This document shows, piece after piece, positions 1-14,019 of a stretch of 64,000 nucleotides of DNA. The position numbers and the translations under genes are program-made. Below the pieces are notes generated by a model. It was not told the DNA's origin. It saw only the letters and a program-made list of their open reading frames with translations, and did no database searches. Source of the stretch: Chiloscyllium plagiosum (lineage: Eukaryota); NCBI RefSeq assembly GCF_004010195.1, contig NC_057711.1, positions 76,463,817-76,527,816 of the forward strand. The letters are read 5' to 3'. How positions within the stretch are numbered: position 1 is the stretch's first letter; each line of letters begins with the position of its first letter.

Positions 1-329
1 TTACTCTATTATTTAACATTTTTGTCAGGATTCCCAGATATTTCTTCTTCCAAAATGTTTTGTTTGTTTGAACAGTTTATCAGGTAAGATGACAGTGCAG
101 TTGTTATTGGGTTGCATTGGTAGGGATTAATTTTAAAAGCAGAACCACAAATGTAATAATCTCTAAATCACAAGCAAAATGGCACACAATAAATAAGGAG
201 ACCCAAGTGAAGGCATGCCTCAGGAGATTTGTGAAGAGAATTTCAATTTTTGGGTCTCTTGCGGCACCACTGAGGATAGAGAGTGTTGGGTGTCTGGAAG
301 GTTACATTCAGCTTTTTCTGTTCTTATTT

Positions 330-1180
330 TATAAAATAAATAAATGGGCATATCTAATGGTCATTAGAAAGCCATGGTTGCAAAGAAACCAAGGCTCAGA
401 ACTGAATATTTCCGGTGATTTGATATTATCAAGCATAGTCAGAACAGAAAAAGTGGTGAGGCAACTGTTTATCAATAAGGAGATCAGGACAGTGCTGACA
501 GATGATCTTAGCTCTGAAGATTAAGATGGAGAATTGGTCTGGGAGGAGATTAAAAATAGCAAAGAAAAAAGGTCATTACTGGGAACGGGTTTCAGCCCCC
601 TTCCCCCCCATAGCAATTACACTGCAGAACAGAGTGCAGTATACATGAAGAAATAATTGGAGTTTATAAGAAAGGCACTGCATTAATCATGTGCAAATTT
701 ATTCTTTCTACACTCCGCCAAATCAAGTTTGCAAATTTAACATTGGGGACAAGTTCATTGAGTTAATTTGGGCTTTATTTCAATAATACATTGTGGACCC
801 AACCAGGTGACAGACTATCTTGGATGTAGTAATGTGTCATGCAATAGTTTTAATTAATGATTTCATAGTAAAGGATGTCAATGGAAGAGTGACTATAACA
901 CAATGGGCTTTCAAGTTTAGTTTGAAGGCAAGAAATCTGGCTTTGAAATTAAAGTCACAAACCTGAAAAAAAGTAGCTACAAAGGTATGAAGGCAGAGTT
1001 AACTAATGTGTTGAGAAAAATAGATTAAAAGGTAAACAATGGCAGACATCTATAGAGCTATTGCGTAATTCTCAGTAAAGATATATTTTATTAAGAAGGA
1101 AAGACTCTACAAAACATTGCCACCGACTAAGGAAGTTAAGGATGGTGGCAAATTGAAATAAAATACATACAACATTGCAA
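330..1180 (+). mobile_element. Decayed CR1 ORF2 (AP endonuclease region)
   Basis: The PWLQ.NQG.ELNISG segment and downstream sequence are homologous to the CR1 APE pieces at 52766-53023 and 26930-27260. Confidence 0.7.
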
Positions 1181-2329
1181 GTACACAAGCCACTATAGGT
1201 AAGCTTAGACTCTCATCTGTACCGACAGGACACTAAGTACAACAGTGCAAGTTGAACAGTTTGAGGGGTTGAATAGGTCAGAAAGTCTAATTCCTCAACA
1301 GCTGCATTTTTGTATGACACCACTGCTTGGTGAAGCAATGAGCATACATGCATGAAAACACCATGTGCAATGTACAAGAATTATTTTAAAACTTCACAAG
1401 CAAGAAGAAGAAAGAAATAATTTCCGTCTTGATTGTGTGATTGGTCATTTTGCCAGTGAAGTAACCTGCAAGAATTTTCCTTAATATTGCAAACATATTG
1501 TAACTGTATCCATGCATGTGCAGGTGGATCATAGCAGCCATTTTTAATGTTTGCACCCTATGTTCCTGAACACACTGGATTATGTCTTGCTAAATCTGTT
1601 ATTCTGCAGAAAATTTAAGACATTTAATTGACAGCTTCTGAGGCAACGATGTAGATACAGACCAGGACCACCACCCATGTGACCAGTACACCTATTCACA
1701 CAAGCCAATGATTCATGAAACCAGGAACTGAGGAAATTTCTGTTCTGGACTTTGCTACCTTTGGGCACCCTCCCGTCAATATTCCTATAAAAAGGAAGTA
1801 CCCTGTAAAACCTCATTAAAACCTATGCTTAGAGTTCACAGCCATTTCAGAGGACAGCATCAGAGCCTGTACATCTTAAGTAGACTGCCAAGAGATAGAA
1901 AATTATTAGAATAAGTCTTAAGAATTGTTATTATTTTGGCTCCATTTGCAAGATGCTATAAAAGGTAGAGCTCGGAGAGTAACTCAGATGGCCCAATGGA
2001 AGTGTGCCTTTGTATGGTAACACCAGAGCACAAAAATAATGCACATGGTGATATTTTGACATCAGTCAACAAACATACCCACTTATTTCAAATAATGATG
2101 CATTTAAATATTGAGTAGTTCAAAATGGTATGTTAACAAACAAAGTTAATGAGTAAATGGAATACATTTATGGCTAGTTCATTGGGTCAGTATTAACCCA
2201 CAATGACTGCATCCTTTCACATGAATATATTGACTGATTTCTGCAGAAAATAAAATAATTCCATGACCATAATTTTTAATGATTGAGGTAATTTTGCCTC
2301 TGACAATTTTTACAAATAAGCTAATGAGA

Positions 2330-4240
2330 ACCTAACGGAGTCAGAGAGGGGGGAGACAAGAGCAAATACAAAAAACAGAAAGGGAAATAAGAAGGTGTTA
2401 CAATGCAAAATAATACAAACAGGATGAAAGATGTTAAAAAGACTAGCCTTAAGACTTTATGTCTTAATGTGTGGAGCATTTGCAATAATATGGATTAATT
2501 AGTTATGTAAAAAGATATAAATATGTATGATATAGTTGGAATTATGGAGGCATTGTTGCAGGATGTCGAGGGGTATTCAGTTTTCAGGAAGGACTACCAA
2601 AAAAGGAAATGAGTTGGGGTTGTATTACTCAATGAAGAGGAAATAAATGAAAGGACAGGGATAAATTGAAGGAAATCTGCATTAATAGGGAAATTGTGTT
2701 AGAGAAATTAATGGAATTAAAGGTCAATAAATCCCAAGGGTCTGATCATCTGCATCTCACAGTGTTTAAGGAAGTGACCTTAATAATAAAGAATGCATTA
2801 GTGATCATCTTTCAAGATTCTGTAGACTTTGGAACAGTTCCTACAGATTGGAGGGAAGCTAATGCAACTCCACCACTTAACAAGGAGGCAGTGAAAAGAA
2901 CAAGGAATTAGAGACTGGTTAGCCTGACATTGGTAGGGGAAAATGCTAGAATCCATTATAAAAAAAGATTTAAAAGCAGAACACTCAGAAAACAGTGATA
3001 TGATCTGACAGAGTCAGTGTGGATTTACAAAAGTAAAACACGTTTGATAAATCTACAGGAATCTTTTGAGTGTATAATTAGCAGAATGGATACAGTGGAG
3101 CCAGATAGGTGGTTTAGTAGGACTTTGAGAAGGCTTTTGATATAGGTCCCACGTAAGAGATTACCATGTAAAGAGAAAGCACATGGACTGGGGGTAGTGA
3201 TCTGACATGGATAGAGAATGGCTGGCAGACAGGAAACAACGAGTAAGAATACAAAGATCTTTTCCTGACTAATGGGGTACCACAGGGATCAATGCTGGAA
3301 GTCCAGCTATTCACAATATATATTTATTTAGATTAGGAAAAGAAAACATAATGTCTCCAAGTTTGAGTAAGACACAAATCTACATGGGAGGGTGAATTGT
3401 GAGGAGGATGCAGTGATGCTTCAGTGTGATTTGGACAGATGAGTGAGTGGATAAAAGCATTACAGATAAAGTATAATGTGGATAAATGTGAAGTTATCCG
3501 CTTTGGTGGCAAAAACAGGAAGGTGGATTATTAACTGAATGGTAATAGATTAGGAAAGGGAAAGTATAATGAAACTTAGGTGTCCAAGCCCACCAGTCAT
3601 AAGCATGCAGCTGCAGCAGGTGGTGAAGGCAGCAAATGGGATTTTGATCTTCATTTGAATGGAGAAGCAGAGATTTCTTGTTACAGTTATACAAGGCCTT
3701 GGTGAGACTATAACTGGGGCATTATGAGAGCTTTGGTCTCCTTATCTGAGGAAGGATGTTCTGGTTATGGAGGGAGTGCAATGAAGGTTTGCTAGATTGA
3801 TTCCTGGGATGACAGGACTGATGGAGGAAGAGAGAATGGATCAGTTTGAACTACATCCACTGGAGTATAGAAGAATAAGGGGTGACCCCATAGAAACCTG
3901 TGTTCTAAGGGATTAGACCAAATAAATGGAGGAAGGATGTTCCCAATGACTGGGGAGTCCAGAAAAAGGAATCACAGTTTATAGCTATGGGATAGGTCAA
4001 TTAGGACTGAGAGGAGAAGAAATTTCTTCACCCAGCGAGTCCTTTGGAATTCTGTGGCACAGAAAGCAATTGAGGCTAAAACATTGAATGTTTTCAAGGT
4101 GTAGTCATAAATAGTACGGATCAAAGGGTATGGAGACAAAGTTGAAACAGGGGAGTTGGATGACCAGCTGTGATCACATTGACTGGTAGAGCAGGCTTGA
4201 AGGGCCTACTCCTACTTCTATTTTCTATATTTCTATGTTT
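2330..4240 (+). mobile_element. CR1 LINE, internally deleted, with 3' end
   Basis: KVNKSQGSDHLH...DWREANATP and GVPQGSML RT motifs. The tail is ctatatttctatgt. Confidence 0.85.
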
Positions 4241-5467
4241 TTATATTAAAATATAAGGGGATGTAGAAGCTTCACAATTCTTTGTTTTAGTCTTTCCTGA
4301 TACCAAGCATTTATTTCAGTGTGAGAGGAATCAGCCAATTAATTCAGGGTCTATTGAAACCTTCAAAAGAATATTGACAGATTTGTTGCAATTTTGGCCT
4401 ATTGTAGATACTTTTCAGTGACATCAGTCACTTTGTTAAGTTTCTACCCAAAGGCAACTAGGGACAAAAAAGGGTAAAGGGCAATAACTGCTATCCAGCC
4501 AGCGACATCCACACCCCACAAATGAATTTTTTTAAAAAATCTTTGATGTTTGCTCCTCCAGCAGTTGACTCAGACTGCCTTATATCTACTGACCTGGTAG
4601 TGCAGCCTATGCTGACAGAATGTAACTTTTTTCTGGATCAGATATTTGAGCCTTTTGCAGCATATCTTTTTCAATCTATCCCGAGACGGGAAATTAGTTT
4701 TGCCTAAAGTTTTTTTTTTATTGCATCGTGAGGTGTACCACACAATAGTAGCTATGATCAAACTTATTAGTTCAATCACTAAAACTTATCTACACCTAAT
4801 AATAGAAAAAAAATGAACAAGTCATACCTCCCATTCAGAAAGGTGGTTCACTCGGTTTAAACAGAGTAATCTCAGACCAAGTGTTAATTTCATGAAGGAC
4901 TATACCTTTTTAAAGGTTTTTGCAGTGGTTTGAACAATCACTATTATTTTCAAAGTCAGAAAATCTTTTTCAATGTTCAGGCTTCTGAGATCAAATTCAT
5001 CTCATCACATGGAAGCAAGATGTTAAGGAGACAAAGCACTGAATTGCTGACTGTTTAGCCTGCAGAAAAACAAACAGCTTTAGCAAATTAACCAACTTCC
5101 ATTTGATTTTGCAATTAAAAACCAGCATTTTTTTTCAAAATTGGCTTGTCCTCAGATTCTTCCTGTGGAAAAATAGCCAATAAATGTTGAAATTTGAAAT
5201 CAAGCATAAAGGCAGAGTAGGCAGCCAAGTTGTTACCAACAAACTTCAACAAGTGGGAACCGAAATTATTATATATTGTTGTGAAGTGATGTATTTTGAC
5301 AGAAAGTGAGAGGTAATATCGACTTAATGGCACAGTTCTAAAGAGTTTAATGGAGCAGAGGAACTTTGAGGTTTGGATGTTGACCCCATTGAAGGTAGTA
5401 AGAGGTGAGAGTGTGGTTAACAAAGTATACAGCACTGAGCTTCATAAGTACAGGTACCAAGTGTTCT

Positions 5468-5777
5468 GCACGGTGGCTCAGTGGTTAGCACTGCTACCTC
5501 ACAGTATTAGGGACCCGGGTTCGATTCCAGCCTTGGGTGACTGTCTGTGCAGAGTTTGCATGTTCTCCCTGTGTTTCCTCTCACTCTCTCCAAAGATGTG
5601 CAGGTTAGGTGAATTGGCTGTGCTAAATTGCCCATAGTGTTTAGGGATATGTAGGTTAGGTGCATTATTCAGAGGTAAATACAAGGTAGGGGGAATGGGT
5701 CTGGGTGGGTTTCTCTTCGGAGGGTCTGTGTGGACTTAACGGGCCATGGGGCCTGTTTCCACACTGAAGGGATTTTA
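5468..5777 (+). mobile_element. tRNA-derived V-SINE (HE1-like); second partial copy at 6120-6297
   Basis: A box tggctcagtgg, B box ggttcgattcc, V-domain-like ctgtgcagagtttgcatgttctccc, and a CR1-like tail ggcctgtttccacactg. Confidence 0.85.
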
Positions 5778-7469
5778 TAAAAAAACTAGGAATGTTACAC
5801 TGAACTTTTATAGCATTGTGGTTAGGTCATAACTAGAATGTCGCATCCAGTTCTAGTTAATACATTTTAGTAGAAATTAAGAGTCCTTGACAGGGTGTAG
5901 AGGGAATTTACCAGAAAGGTTCCAGGCGTGATAAATGTATATAAGGTACATACTATCAATTTGGACTTTTAAAATAAAGGCAGATGGAATTTGGTGTCAG
6001 TTCTGTGTAACTAACAGTATTTTTTAAGAGGTCAGAAAATAATTTGATACAGTGACCTAAATTCATAGTTTCCAAGAAAGCAGTTAACAGTTAAGTGCCT
6101 AACAAGATACATTTGTGGTTATTGGGCAACTGTCTGTGTGGAGTCTGCACATTCTTCTCATGTCTGTGTGGGTTTCCTCCATGTGCTCCAGGGAAATGTG
6201 AAGTGGTAGGAGAATGAGTCTGGGTGGGATACTCTTCGGAGGGTCAGTATGGACTTGTGGGGCCAAATTGCCTGTTTCCATACTGTAGGGATTTGATAAT
6301 TACGATGAATCAAATTTTCAGCTCCTGGAAGCAGTTTTCACACTAATAGATGAATTTTAATATGTAAATTCTCTGAGCTATTGTCAGAATGAAAAGAGGT
6401 TTACGCCATTAGAATTAAAAGTGGTTGAGGCTAGGAGGACCCAGAAAGATATCATAAAACCATTTCAGCAGTTAGGAGAAGGACTGGAATGAGTTAGTTC
6501 AGTTAGAAATTAGTGAGTTGAAATGGGGATGACATTTCTCTGAGATGGATTTTTTGCCAAGGATAATGCTGGGAAACAGGTTGTTTTCGTTAAGGTATTT
6601 CTAGACCTAAATAGTTATTTTTATTTAATAAACTTGTGTTGAAGAACATTGTGACTGTCTTCAGTGATGAACCACATGGTAAGCAACTATAAGAAGCAGA
6701 CTGTATATCAAACCAGGTTTCACTCTGGAATCTGACTTTGCCAGTCTTTTCATCAGCTGATATCATAATACAGTGATAAGGGATTTCAGCTACCAGCATT
6801 ACTTTCAGAAGCAAGGATTCTTCTTGGAACAAAGAAGATTAAGGAAATATTTGATGGAGATATACAAGTTTAGGACTCATTTAAATAAGCTAGACAAAAC
6901 AAAACTGTACTAAAAGTTAATTTCACAGAGTTTTGGATGTACAGGGACTACGGGACAAATATTAAATGTTTGGGGAAAGAGATTCAGAAGTGATGCACGT
7001 GATAATGATATCAAACTTGCTGCTTATGCGAATGATGGAGGCTGAGGTGATCAATGATTGAAAATAATTTCAGATGTGCACAGTTTCTGTGATGCCTTAC
7101 ATAAAATTACCAGTCTCACATAAGGACTGGTAAACTAGGAATGGAATGTCTTTATTTGAAGATTTTGAAGATGACATAATTGCTCAGCAGATAGATCTGT
7201 TAAGTGATGTTCAGCGACTATTGTTACGCCTGCACTCCCTCACATTACATGCAAGCGAGATTGTGCAATGGCTGTGGGTCATATGTTCTACATCTGGATT
7301 ACTTGCTCATAAGGTCTATTCCCTCCTAAAATAATATCACCACAGGAATTTCAGGAAAATAAACCTGCAGGGTTATGGTGATAAAGCAGGGGAAGTAAGA
7401 ATGGACATGATGGGCTGAACAATCTCCTTCCGTGTCAGAACTACTGTATAACATGAAGGATTGAAATAA

Positions 7470-7610
7470 AAGCAAAATATTGCAGATACTGGAAATCGAA
7501 AACAAACACACAGGAAGTGCAAGAGAAAGCTCGCAGGTCCGGCTTCATCTATGGAGAGAGAAACAGAGTCAGTGTCTTGGATCCAGTCTGACTCTTCTTC
7601 AGAAGTGAAG
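7470..7610 (-). mobile_element. Decayed family B PLE terminus; further fragments at about 9265-9400, 16610-16720, 19500-19555, 38820-38960 and 48915-49040
   Basis: tgcagat.ctggaaat...gcaggtc.ggc..catct.tggagagagaaacagagt...cttcttcagaa is the reverse complement of the 8773-8900 terminus. Confidence 0.6.
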
Positions 7611-8586
7611 AGAGACTACACTTGCAAATTTAAATGCAGGAATTGGGAATTTGTTGTCGAGGTGACCTGTACTTTGAACAGCTATGTCATACCAGTGACT
7701 CATTGAGTTATTCAGCATTGAAACTTATTGAATGTGAAGCAGCCGTGCTTACATGACAGATACCTATGTTATAACAAAGGAGGGTTGGTTCGTTCCAGTT
7801 CTCATAGACTTTTAAAAATATAATAATAAATATTAATTACTGCTAAATAAACACTTTGGCACAGAAAATGACTTTTACATCTATGTGTTTTTTTAAGATT
7901 TCAGATATTGGAGATATGAAATTAAAAAAATTGAAATGCATGTATTTAACTTTTTTCATTTTGTTTCATCTCTTTATTAATTCCATCTTTCTTTTCCTCC
8001 TTTTTGTTTTCTGTACAGAACTGGATATTCAATTAAATATTCAAATTTACTAACTCAAGCATGTTCTAATTCAGGTCCTAATCTACATATCAAGAATTCA
8101 TTAACCTGATGTGTTAAGGAAAGCTGCAGTTGTCCCAGTGTAGTGGACACCATATTGGTGAAATAATACATAGACAGGGTAATCACTTTGCAGAGCACCT
8201 ATGTTCTGTCAGCAAGAATGACCCTGAGCCTCTCACTTCAACCCACCATTGGGTTCTCTGGCGAATATCTCTGTCTCAGGCTTGCTGCAGTGGTCTAGCA
8301 AAACTCAGTGCATGCTAGAAGAACAGCATTTCACCTTCTGCCTGGGAACTCTGCAGCATTCCAAACTCAATACTGAGTCTAACAATTTTTAGAGCAGGAG
8401 AACCTTCTCCCATGAATTTCTCCCAACTGCTACATACCAAGCCTTGTCATCACATGTGCTGCTCCCACAAACAACCCATTGTCAGCTTTTATTAGCAATT
8501 CATTCTCCTCGGACATTTATCTATTCCTCTGTCTGTCCAACAATCAATTACTCCTTGTCCCTCCCCCACCTCCTCTTTAGCATGTA

Positions 8587-8745
8587 CAGAGGAGCCTCAA
8601 TTATCCGAAGGACACAGGCAGGGAATATTGCATTTGGTTAATCAAATGCTGGATAACATAGTTAGCCAAGCATTGGGACCTTGAAATCTTGTTCAGATAA
8701 TCCAACATTAACTTAATCGAATGCTGAATAATCGAGGTTCCTCTG
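8587..8745. mobile_element. Tc1/mariner (Tigger/pogo-like) MITE nested in the PLE remnant
   Basis: TA TSD at 8585-86 and 8746-47. TIRs CAGAGGAGCCTCAATTAT and CAGAGGAACCTCGATTAT (16/18 identical). Confidence 0.8.
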
Positions 8746-8772
8746 TATACCAACCTTTTCCCAGCTACGGTT

Positions 8773-8810
8773 AATTCTGAAGAAGGGTCACTGGACCCAA
8801 AATGTTAACT
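8773..8810 (+). ncRNA. Decayed hammerhead motif (family B) at the 3' end of a GIY-YIG remnant
   Basis: AAUU-CUGAAGA-A-GGGUC(ACUG)GACCC-AAAA-UG-UU-AACU. CGAAACG->CAAAATG is consistent with two CpG transitions. Confidence 0.6.
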
Positions 8811-9426
8811 CTGCTTTCTGTCTGCTGATGCTGCCAGACCTGCTGAGTTTTTCCAGCAATTTTTATTTTTGTTTCTAATTCTCCAGCATCGTCAGTTCTT
8901 TGAGTTTTTTAAAGAATACTGAGAGGCCTGGATAGAGTGGACGCAGAGAAGACGTTTCCATTAGAAGAAGAGACTAGAACCTGAGGGCACTGCCTCAGAC
9001 TGAAGGGAAGACCTTTTGGACCTGAGATGAAGAGAAATTTTTCAACTAGAAGGCATGAATCCATGGAACCCTTTGCCACAGAAGGCTGTGGAGTCCATGT
9101 CATTGATTGTATTTAAGACAGATAGATAGGTTCTTGACTAGTAAGGGTATTGTGGGTGTCGAGGCGAGGCGGAGAAACATATCAACCATGATTAAATGAC
9201 AGAGCAGACTCAATGGATTTAATGGCCTAATTCTGATCTTGCATCTTGTGTCTTATGGCCTTATGGATGCTAGAAATCTGAAATAAAAACAGAGTGCTAG
9301 AGAAACACAGCAGTTCTGTTCTGACAAAGGATTACTGGACTCAAAACCTTCACCTGTTTTCTGTCTACAAATGTTGCCAGATCTGCTGTGGTTCTCTGTT
9401 CTTGTGTATAATGATTTCATTTTGAG

Positions 9427-10665
9427 ACATAGACATAGAGGTGTACAGCACGGAAACAGACCCTTCAGTCCAACTCGTCCATGCCAACCAGATAACCCAA
9501 CTTAACCTAGTCCCATTTGCCAGCACTTGGCCCAGATCCCTCTAAACCCTTCCTATTCATATACCCATCCAAATCCCTTTTAAATGTTGCAATTGTACCA
9601 GCCTCCACCACTTCCTCTGGCAGCTCATTCCATACATGTTCCACCCTCTGCGTGAAAAAGTTGCCCCTTAGATCTCTTTTACATCTTACCCCTCTCACTT
9701 TGTCTGTTTATCCTATCCACGCCCTTCATAATTTTATAAACTTCTATAACGTCGCCCTTAGTCTTCGATGCTCCAAGGAAAACAGCCCCAGCCTATTCAA
9801 CCTCTCTCCTGCTCAAATCCTCCAACCCTGGCAACATTTTTGTAAATCTTTTCTGAACCCTTTCACAACATTTTTCCAATAGGAAGGAGACCAGAATTGC
9901 AAGCAATATTCCAAAAGTGGCCTAACCAACATCCTGTACAGCCGCAACATGACCTCCCAACTTCTGTACTCAATGCTCTGACCAATAAAGGAAAGCATAC
10001 CAAACGCCTTCTTCACTATCCAACCTTCCTGTAACTCTACTTTCAAGGAGTTATGAACCCGCACTTCAAGGTTTCTTTGTTCAGCAACACTCCCTAGTAC
10101 CTTACCATTAAGTGGATAAGTCCCGCTAAGATTTGCTTTTCCAAAATGCAGCACCTCGCATTTATCTAAATTAAACTCCATCTGCCACTTCTCAGCCCAT
10201 TGGCCCATCTGATCAAGGTCCCATTGTAATCTGAGGTAACCTTCTTCACTGTCCACTACACCTCCAATTTTGGTGTCATCTGCAAACTTACTAACTAAAC
10301 TTCCTATGTTCACATCCAAATCATTTATATAAATGACGAAAAGTAGTGGACCCAGCACCGATTCTTATGGCACTCCACTAGTCACAGGCCTCCAGTCTGA
10401 AAAGCAACCGTCCACCACCACCCTCTATCTTCTATCTTTGAGCCAGTTCTGTATCTAGATGGCTAGTTCTCTTTGTATTCCATGAGATCAAACCTCGCTC
10501 ACAATTCTCTCATGGGGAACTTTGTTGAACGCCTTTGTTGAAAGTCTATATAGATCACATCCACCACTCTGCCCTCATAAATCCTCTTTGTTACTTCTTC
10601 AAAAAACTCAATCAAGTTTGTGAGACATGATTTCCCATGCGCAAAGCTATGTTTGTTGTGTCCTT
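9427..10665 (-). mobile_element. CR1 LINE 3' 1.2 kb (RT C-terminus); opposite-strand CR1 3' fragment at 8910-9265
   Basis: ORF 9813-10358 reads [14 protein letters not shown]...SKFADDTK...WQMEFNLDKC. Confidence 0.92.
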
Positions 10666-13600
10666 CACAAATTACAGAGAATAGACACCACAAAATCTGG
10701 CCACTGGATCCAGGCAGTCCATAGTGTAGTTTATATTTCACTCAAGCCTCATTCCATCATTCTGTACATAACTCTATCAGAATGGTTCTCTACCCCTTCA
10801 ACTAATGTTGAAGTTCAAGGACATGAAGCCAAATTGTTAAACTGAGTAGAAATTAGCTGAGCATAAGCACTGAGAAGTAAAAGCAAAAACAGACAATTTG
10901 GTGCCTCCTATCAGCCTACTCCATCATTGAGAGACAAGGGCCGCAAGTGTAATCAGTCAGAAGTTATCCATTCTTGCCCCAGGGTGTACATCTACTAACT
11001 TATTTATCAATGTATTTTGTGATAGCTCGTCAACAAATTTTTGGTAAACCTAAATAAATTATATACCTCATTTAATTCTCTATCCATTGAACCAGTGAAC
11101 TAGAAATTAATTGAGAATTCTTTTGAGCTACTACTATGTGTGTAATATTCTATAAAATATGAATAACAGCACAAATAAGAATGTTCACTGAGAAAATAAA
11201 AACAGAAATTAGGTTTAGAAATTCAGAATTAGAAGTATCATCAAAAGGACAGAAACAGCTTTGCTAGGATCAAGGCATTAACCACATTATAACACTAACA
11301 GCAGAACTGCTGGCCTTTCAATCTTCAAACTCAATTGATCTTATTTTCGAATGCTGCTTTAAAGAGAGAAAATCCCTTTGAGGTATTAATCATCAAAGCG
11401 AATTATTCCAGGGCTGTTTATCTATTAAAACCATGTCAATTATATCGGAATTTTTTTTAACTTTGCCAGAATATTAAGACTATCCAAATCAATGCCTTTA
11501 TGTTAATATGTAAAACAACATTTTTCAACTGTGCAACAGAGATAAGAAAAATACGCCAAAAAAAATGTAGTTCCGTGAGGTATGGGCTACTGTAGAGGTG
11601 GGTCTTTGACAGTAGCCAGAGCTACAAGGGGTTTTCTTCTGGTTTGATCTCAAAGCTGTACAGCACATTTTCATGGTCCTGTGATCCATACTCACTTGCT
11701 TTGAAATAAGGGCAGTTAGCTTTACACACCTGTTGTCTATTAGTCGACGCTCCAGATAAAACAATAAGCTTCTTTGTGTATTCAGCAGATCAGAATGTTC
11801 AGTTGTAAAACAAGAACTTATTAAAATGGTTCTGAAAGCTTTTGCCATCTTTATAAAATTAGAAACAATGATAAAAGTCGATACGTACAAGGTGAAACAT
11901 TGTCTCTATTTTTTTACATAAAAGCTGCTTTCAATCTTGTTGAAATGTTACTTTTTTGTAAAGATTTTCAGATTACAAGTAGAGTGCTGGGGATGACTTC
12001 TCTGATCATTTTCCAGAGGAATATTTCAGTTTGGACAATGCAGCTGGTATGGCACAGAGTCGGGAAGAGGCAGACTCCTTTCATTTGTGTCCAACATCTG
12101 TTTAAACTCAACTCAGTGCACGCACCACAAATGAAACCACAGCAGTAATTTTCTAGACTTTACAGCTCAGCACCATGGCTGGCACTATATAATACTGCCA
12201 TATTACAGTTGACCACAAAGTTGCTATTTCGATCATGCAACAGTTTATATGGCAATGTGTAATTGAGAAATCAATCCTCTGTACACCACGTTAACTTTAA
12301 TTTTGGCCTTAGGGGGATTATTTCTTCATTGTAGTATTCACAAGGTCAGTGTTCACAATGACATTGCAAACGTGTTCTTTGTGAATTAATTTAGATTTCT
12401 GTTTCCCCATTGTGCACAGAAGAAATTAATCTCTTATGTTGGTTCCAAAGAGGCTCAGTAAAAGTCAAAACCAAACAAGGCAAATGGTCATTTCAGTTAA
12501 GGGCTTTCAAAAAGTTCTGTTAAGAATATTGGACTGGTAACAGTCTCTCTTTGGTCCTATTGTGACAAATTAATTTGTTACTGGAACAATTTTGTGTGTG
12601 CTCAAGAAGACAGATGTTACACTCTGAAGTTAAGAATAGAGAAACGAACAAAAGCTGCAGCTGTCCGTGTTACTTTAAGATGCTATTAGTGGATCTATAC
12701 CATCGCAAACAGAGTGAAGGAGGTTCTGCAGATGAATATCATTGTTGGTGAAGAGTGAACCGTTGAAGTTGGGTTGGTTGTGTGCTGCTGCTAGATCGAT
12801 ATCAGTCTCAAGGTTGGGATATCTGGTCAGCATGGACGAGTTGGACCAAAGAGTCTGTTTCCGTGCTGTACATCTCTATGATTTTAAGTGGAGGAGCTGA
12901 AATTCCTCTAGATTTTCTTTATAATAATTCTAGTAAATTCTTTTGTGACATGGAGTGCAGACTAGTACAATACTAGAACCGTGGCCTAATCAAGGGTCTA
13001 TGCAAATTTAATTACATTCCATCCTAATAGGGAATCCTCAAATATGATGCACAGACTAGAAAAGATATATATACACACCTCATAGGCACTTGCAGGTATA
13101 CTGGAAACATATTCTTATAATATGTTTCAAGTTCCTATTTTTAACTGGTTTTTTGAAAGGGGTTGTTCTTTTATTTGATGACACTGGTGCAGCACAGAAA
13201 ACTAGTTCATTAGCCATGTCTGTCAGATAGCTGATATAAGAAGCAATACACAATTATTTAATTACAGTCATTTATAATTTGAGTATTGCTGATAAAAGAC
13301 ACATTTAGTTGAAGTTTTTCATCGACATGATCAGGATAATTCACAAGAAAACCAAAATAACAGGGAAATAACTATTTATACTCTGTGAGGGGAAAGTTCT
13401 GAATTGTGGCAAATGAACAAAAGCATCAACAGTTAATTTAATATATATGTAAATTAAAGTGAATAACTAGTATAATTGCCTCTTGAGTGATGAATTAATT
13501 TAGCTTTAAAGTGTTCATGTTTCAAGTCTTAATATGTTTGTTTATGATTAAAGTTCTGGAGTACAGTCTTCCAGGCCTAGGTGTAATGGGCCTGGAGATG

Positions 13601-14019
13601 GGAAGTGAAATTAATTAGTTGAGATGGGAGTGGGACAGCATCTTACCAACTCCCTGGCCTTGCCCTAATTAAAAGCTTAAATAAGATTTTCCACCTCGCT
13701 ACCAATTGAAGCCGTTAACTTTAATTACTTCAGCTCCAGGTGGGACGAGAAAAAGTCAGCCTGTCAGTTGGATTAGTTGTCAGCTTGGGGGAGTTTGTGC
13801 TAGCTGAAGTATTGAACCCAGGATAGGTGGGTGACCAGATGGGTGGGACTTCCTGCTCTGGGGTCTTAATGTGCGTATAAGACCAACCATCACCCAATCA
13901 GCTGCCTCATGGCTGGAAAGTACATCCATCTTTCGTATCTTAGTAGGCTGTGGATTTCCATCCTAGAAACCCACCTGCTTTTGAACTTAGTCTGAAAACA
14001 GGACAATTGTGACCCTAGC

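Larger units (their letters stand above)
8120..8905 (+). mobile_element. Penelope-like element 3' remnant (GIY-YIG endonuclease, family B terminus)
   Basis: SQCSGHHIGEIIHRQGNHFAEHLCSVSKNDPE is a degenerate C..C...YIGET.R.L..RF.EH motif. It is followed by an LEEQH..F.LGTLQ-like C-terminus, a C/T-rich UTR and the hammerhead at 8773. Confidence 0.75.

Noticed and set aside
29..83. AG...GTAAG-bounded 55-nt candidate exon
   Set aside because: The splice signals are plausible, but no frame resembles PCSK5 or a furin repeat. It cannot be supported without RNA data.
1705..1793. CCAAT plus TATAAAAA as an internal promoter or LTR
   Set aside because: These are short motifs in AT-rich DNA, with no LTR termini or downstream exon identified.
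5468..5540. tRNA gene (also 39665-39734)
   Set aside because: The A/B boxes are the heads of tRNA-derived SINEs and continue into SINE body and tail.
12712..12770. GAAGGAGGTTCTGCA...TTGGTGAAGA resembling the PC5A terminal exon (EGGFCMLVKK)
   Set aside because: The similarity needs indels, a stop follows, and there is no CCKTC motif or acceptor. Likely chance.
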